DNA from: Octopus bimaculoides
Lineage: Eukaryota
Length of the DNA stretch: 37,664 nucleotides
Direction of reading: 5' to 3'
Assembly (NCBI RefSeq): GCF_001194135.2
Contig: NC_068982.1
Coordinates: forward strand, 174,123,319-174,160,982
Part shown: positions 33,997 to 37,664 of the stretch, piece after piece
Position numbering within the stretch: position 1 is the first letter of the stretch
How the letters are laid out: each line of letters begins with the position of its first letter
The notes under the pieces: model-generated
What the model was told of the DNA's origin: nothing
The model's input: only the letters and a program-made list of their open reading frames with translations
Database searches by the model: none
Made by a program: the position numbers and the translations under genes

Positions 33997-34187
33997 TATA
34001 CGACAGGCTTCCTTCTGCTTCCATCAACTAAATCCACCCACAATTTGGTCAGCCCGGGTTATAGTAGAAAATACTTGCCCAAGGTGTCACAGTAGAAAAT
34101 ACTTGCCCAAGGTGTCACGTTGTGAGACTGAATACAGAATTATGTGTTTTGGAAGCGAGATTCTTATCACACAGCCACACCTGCGCC
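33997..34187 (-). mobile_element. SINE family A/B, 5' half with a 28-bp tandem duplication
   Basis: tatacgacaggcttcc...aaatccac...(agtagaaaatacttgcccaaggtgtcac)x2...gagactgaa...cacacagccacacctgcgcc. Confidence 0.85.
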
Positions 34188-34215
34188 TATATATCTGTTT
34201 ATGTATATGTACACT

Positions 34216-34269
<54 letters not shown>

Positions 34270-34550
34270 NNNNNNNNNNNNNNNNNNNNNNNNNNNNNNN
34301 NNNNNNNNNNNNNNNNNNNNNNNNNNNNNNNNNNNNNNNNNNNNNNNNNNNNNNNNNNNNNNNNNNNNNNNNNNNNNNNNNNNNNNNNNNNNNNNNNNNN
34401 NNNNNNNNNNNNNNNNNNNNNNNNNNNNNNNNNNNNNNNNNNNNNNNNNNNNNNNNNNNNNNNNNNNNNNNNNNNNNNNNNNNNNNNNNNNNNNNNNNNN
34501 NNNNNNNNNNNNNNNNNNNNNNNNNNNNNNNNNNNNNNNNNNNNNNNNNN

Positions 34551-34597
<47 letters not shown>

Positions 34598-35509
34598 TAG
34601 ATAGATAGATAGATAAACTAATTTTATTCTGTATCTTCGAATTAGAAATAATGATACTTGTGTATCATTGATGCATTATCACTCAAAATATAACACCTTC
34701 ACGATTTTTTTAACTCCCTCGCTAATTAGTTGGCAAGAATAAAGTTATTTCAGTATAACTACGAAATACATAAACTCTGTATGATGATTATTTTCGGAAA
34801 TTAATTTTCAATTATATTTGTGGGGCTGTTTTGAGTGATGAAGTCATTCTTGCAAATGCTTTAAACAGCAAATTGTACAAATTTGCAATGCACTATATAA
34901 AAAACAGAAATTTCAATGGGATTTCTCACAATCCAATTTATTGTAGGACTCACGAAGTCCAATAGCATCAATAAAAGGCAACAAGCCTTAGAGTCGACTT
35001 GTAAATAGTAGTTTTCATTTCTTTGGTTTTTGCCGATCATCAAGTATTTCTTATTACACATTGTACGTCATTCATGTATGATTCATGTTTGCCTATTCTT
35101 GATAATCGCATGCCTCACGAACGGAAGAAATAGATGTAATACCTGATGGAGTTAATTGTGATATTCAGTTCGCAGAAACAATTTCTCGTCCACTGATTAT
35201 AGAACTCGTGTTCAAGTACTGATTAGAGTTGTTTCCTTTTTCGTATATTCTTCATGATCTGAAAAGAGGCATGAACGTCACACAGTATAATTTCTAACTT
35301 CTGATCTCAAAAAATCTGAAACTGTACAGCTATGTTACGTGAACTAAAAAAAGTCTGAAAAACATCGACCTGGTGTTAGTCCAAGTGCCTGCAGTTTACC
35401 TAATGAGATCCGCTATCACATGGACAGAAGAGGTACCACTCTAACATTTCCCTAAAGCTAATTTGATAGTACTCTTAATCTATCTATCTATCTCCCCCCT
35501 CTCTCTCTA

Positions 35510-35625
<116 letters not shown>

Positions 35626-35733
35626 TGTATATATATATATATACATATATATATATACATATATATATATCTATATCTATATATACATATATATATATGT
35701 GTGTGTGTGTGTGTGTTTGTGTACGTATATATA

Positions 35734-35769
<36 letters not shown>

Positions 35770-35949
35770 TGTTTGTATGTATGTATGTTTGTATGTATGT
35801 ATGTACGTATGTATGTATGTATATATCTATATATATATATATATATATAAGAGCCTTCAGTGAATTTTCTCAGTATCTTTAAGCTGTTAATCCAGTACGG
35901 CTAATTCATTACTATTGTAAGTTATCAAGTGTTCGCTACAGGAATGACT

Positions 35950-36113
35950 TAACAGCAGCATCAACAGCAGGAGGAGGAGGAGGAGGTGGAGTTGGAGGGG
36001 GCAGCAGCAGCAGCAGAAGCAGCAAGAGGCGCAGCAGAAGTGGCAGGAGGGGCAGCAGGATGAGAAGCAGCAACAGGAGGACGAGAAGCAGGATAAGTAG
36101 CAGCAGCAGTTGC

Positions 36114-36152
<39 letters not shown>
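35950..36152. repeat. Low-complexity CAG/GAG tract ending in (TAG)n
   Basis: Imperfect trinucleotide mosaic with no credible coding signal. Confidence 0.85.
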
Positions 36153-36565
36153 TAAGAAACAATATGTCTAAAAGTGATTTTGAGAGGAAGAAAATAAGAG
36201 AAAGAAATGAAGGGAGCCCGTAGGATTTACGAACTGCAGCAAAGTCATTAGAGAGACGCAGCAGTTTCGTTTGATGTATTTTCAGTTAAATGCTTACAGA
36301 GATATACAAGAAAAGTAAACACGGATTTGAAAGAAGACTGTAGATCTAAAGATGAAGTACTGGACACACTGTTTAGCATGGAATGTTAAGATTCAAACAA
36401 ATCGTAGCAAATTGCAAGACGCGTACACTGGAATATATATATATATATATAACAGAATGTGCTCTAAATAGCAGAGAAAGAAGTAAATACGAACACATAC
36501 ACACAAACACACACACAAACACACACACACACAAACACACACACACAAACACACACAAACACACA

Positions 36566-36598
<33 letters not shown>

Positions 36599-36891
36599 GC
36601 GCGCAAACACACATAAACATAGATACACACACACATATAAGTATGTGCATATATGTATACATCTATATATATGTATGTNNNNNNNNNNNNNNNNNNNNNN
36701 NNNNNNNNNNNNNNNNNNNNNNNNNNNNNNNNNNNNNNNNNNNNNNNNNNNNNNNNNNNNNNNNNNNNNNNNNNNNNNNNNNNNNNNNNNNNNNNNNNNN
36801 NNNNNNNNNNNNNNNNNNNNNNNNNNNNNNNNNNNNNNNNNTATATATATATATATACATGTGTGTGTGTGTGTATGTGTGTGTGTGTGTA

Positions 36892-37603
36892 CGATGGAGA
36901 GTCAAAAATTATACGCACCCTTGTTTTTTCAATGTTTTTACACAAAAGCAAGAGATAAAAAAAGTATGACATTTTTCTATATAGTCTCCTTTTTCGATGC
37001 ACTTGCTCCAGCTTTCCACAAGCTTGCGTACTCCCTCCAAGAAGAAGGTTTTCGGTTGGTCACGCAACCATTTATGCACCACTTCCTTCACATTTTCATC
37101 TGTAGGAAATCATCGACCTCGTAAACCATCTTTGAGTGGTCCAGTGATATGATAGTCGGAAGGGGCGAGATTTGGGCTGTAGGCAGAGTGTTCCAGCACC
37201 TCAAGACCCAATTGGTTAATGGTTTCAAAGGTCTGAACGGTCGTGTGTGGGCGTGCATTGTCATACAACAACAAAGCTTTCTTCAACAATAGGCTTCGGT
37301 GTTTGGTGCGAATTACTGGTGTCAGTTTGTTGGCCAGCAAAACACTGTATCTTGCGCTGTTACTCATATGCGCCTTTACCAGAGAAATCGGATCACTACT
37401 CTTTGTTCTTCTTTGGTACACTTTGCTAGTGCAGCGGCTATGCTTACACTGTAAGGCCAGAAAGAAAAATGGTGCGATTAGGCTCAAACTTCAATCACGC
37501 GACCACAATAATACTAACTATAAACACGCATACGCAGAAGGCAGTGTGACAATAATGAAGATATGTTATGGCAAAAGTGTGGGTAATTTTTGACTCCTCC
37601 TTG
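36892..37603 (-). mobile_element. 712-bp internally deleted mariner (DD34D) with both TIRs and TA flanks
   Basis: Left end TA-CGATGGAGAGTCAAAAATTATACGCAC; right end (revcomp) TA-CAAGGAGGAGTCAAAAATTACCCACAC. The minus strand encodes CTKEEQRVVIRFLW* fused to NSARYSVLLANKL...LLLYDNARPH...HSAYSPNLAPSDYHITGPLKDGLRGR and EVVHKWLRDQPKTFFLEGVRKLVESWSKCIEKGDYIEK. Confidence 0.92.
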
Positions 37604-37604
37604 T

Positions 37605-37623
37605 ATACATATATACATATATA

Positions 37624-37664
<41 letters not shown>
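37605..37664. repeat. (TA)n-rich microsatellite
   Basis: Seen directly, running to the window end. Confidence 0.9.

Noticed and set aside
34765-35010. Open frame containing ICGAVLSDEVILANA, loosely like a serine-protease CGG.L....VLTAAHC motif
   Set aside because: The catalytic His-Cys is absent, and I see no convincing splice sites or neighbouring exons.
35887-36162. Poly-Q/E/G/A-like coding potential
   Set aside because: An imperfect CAG/GAG/TAG microsatellite mosaic grading into (TAG)n, with stops in the plausible frames.

Overview
This is AT-rich, gap-ridden (many N runs) eukaryotic non-coding DNA saturated with microsatellites and interspersed repeats. I find no intact host protein-coding gene. 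Almost all long ORFs in the track are translations of (TA)n/(CA)n/(TG)n tracts and N gaps. The SINE families resemble, from memory, those of octopus genomes, so an octopod cephalopod source is my inference and is not verified. Recognisable content: (1) many copies of at least four tRNA-derived or SINE-like families; (2) dead DNA-transposon relics: three mariner pieces (one internally deleted but with both TIRs and TA flanks), a DD37D/maT-like transposase pseudogene and a Tc1 relic; (3) the 3' end of an RTE-clade LINE with its (GAA)n tail, and a very decayed Gypsy integrase; (4) a 641-bp foldback MITE with an 8-bp TSD and a telomere-like (CCCTAA)n core. The most notable signal is a set of minimal type I hammerhead-ribozyme-like motifs in three unrelated repeat families: the 3' part of a tRNA-headed SINE (16956-17001), three copies of a short repeat (1247-1281, 4180-4214, 10901-10939), and the loop of a 561-bp foldback (18742-19302). 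This suggests Penelope-related non-autonomous ribozyme retroelements. All alignments were made by eye, and every ribozyme copy here carries at least one deviation from consensus.
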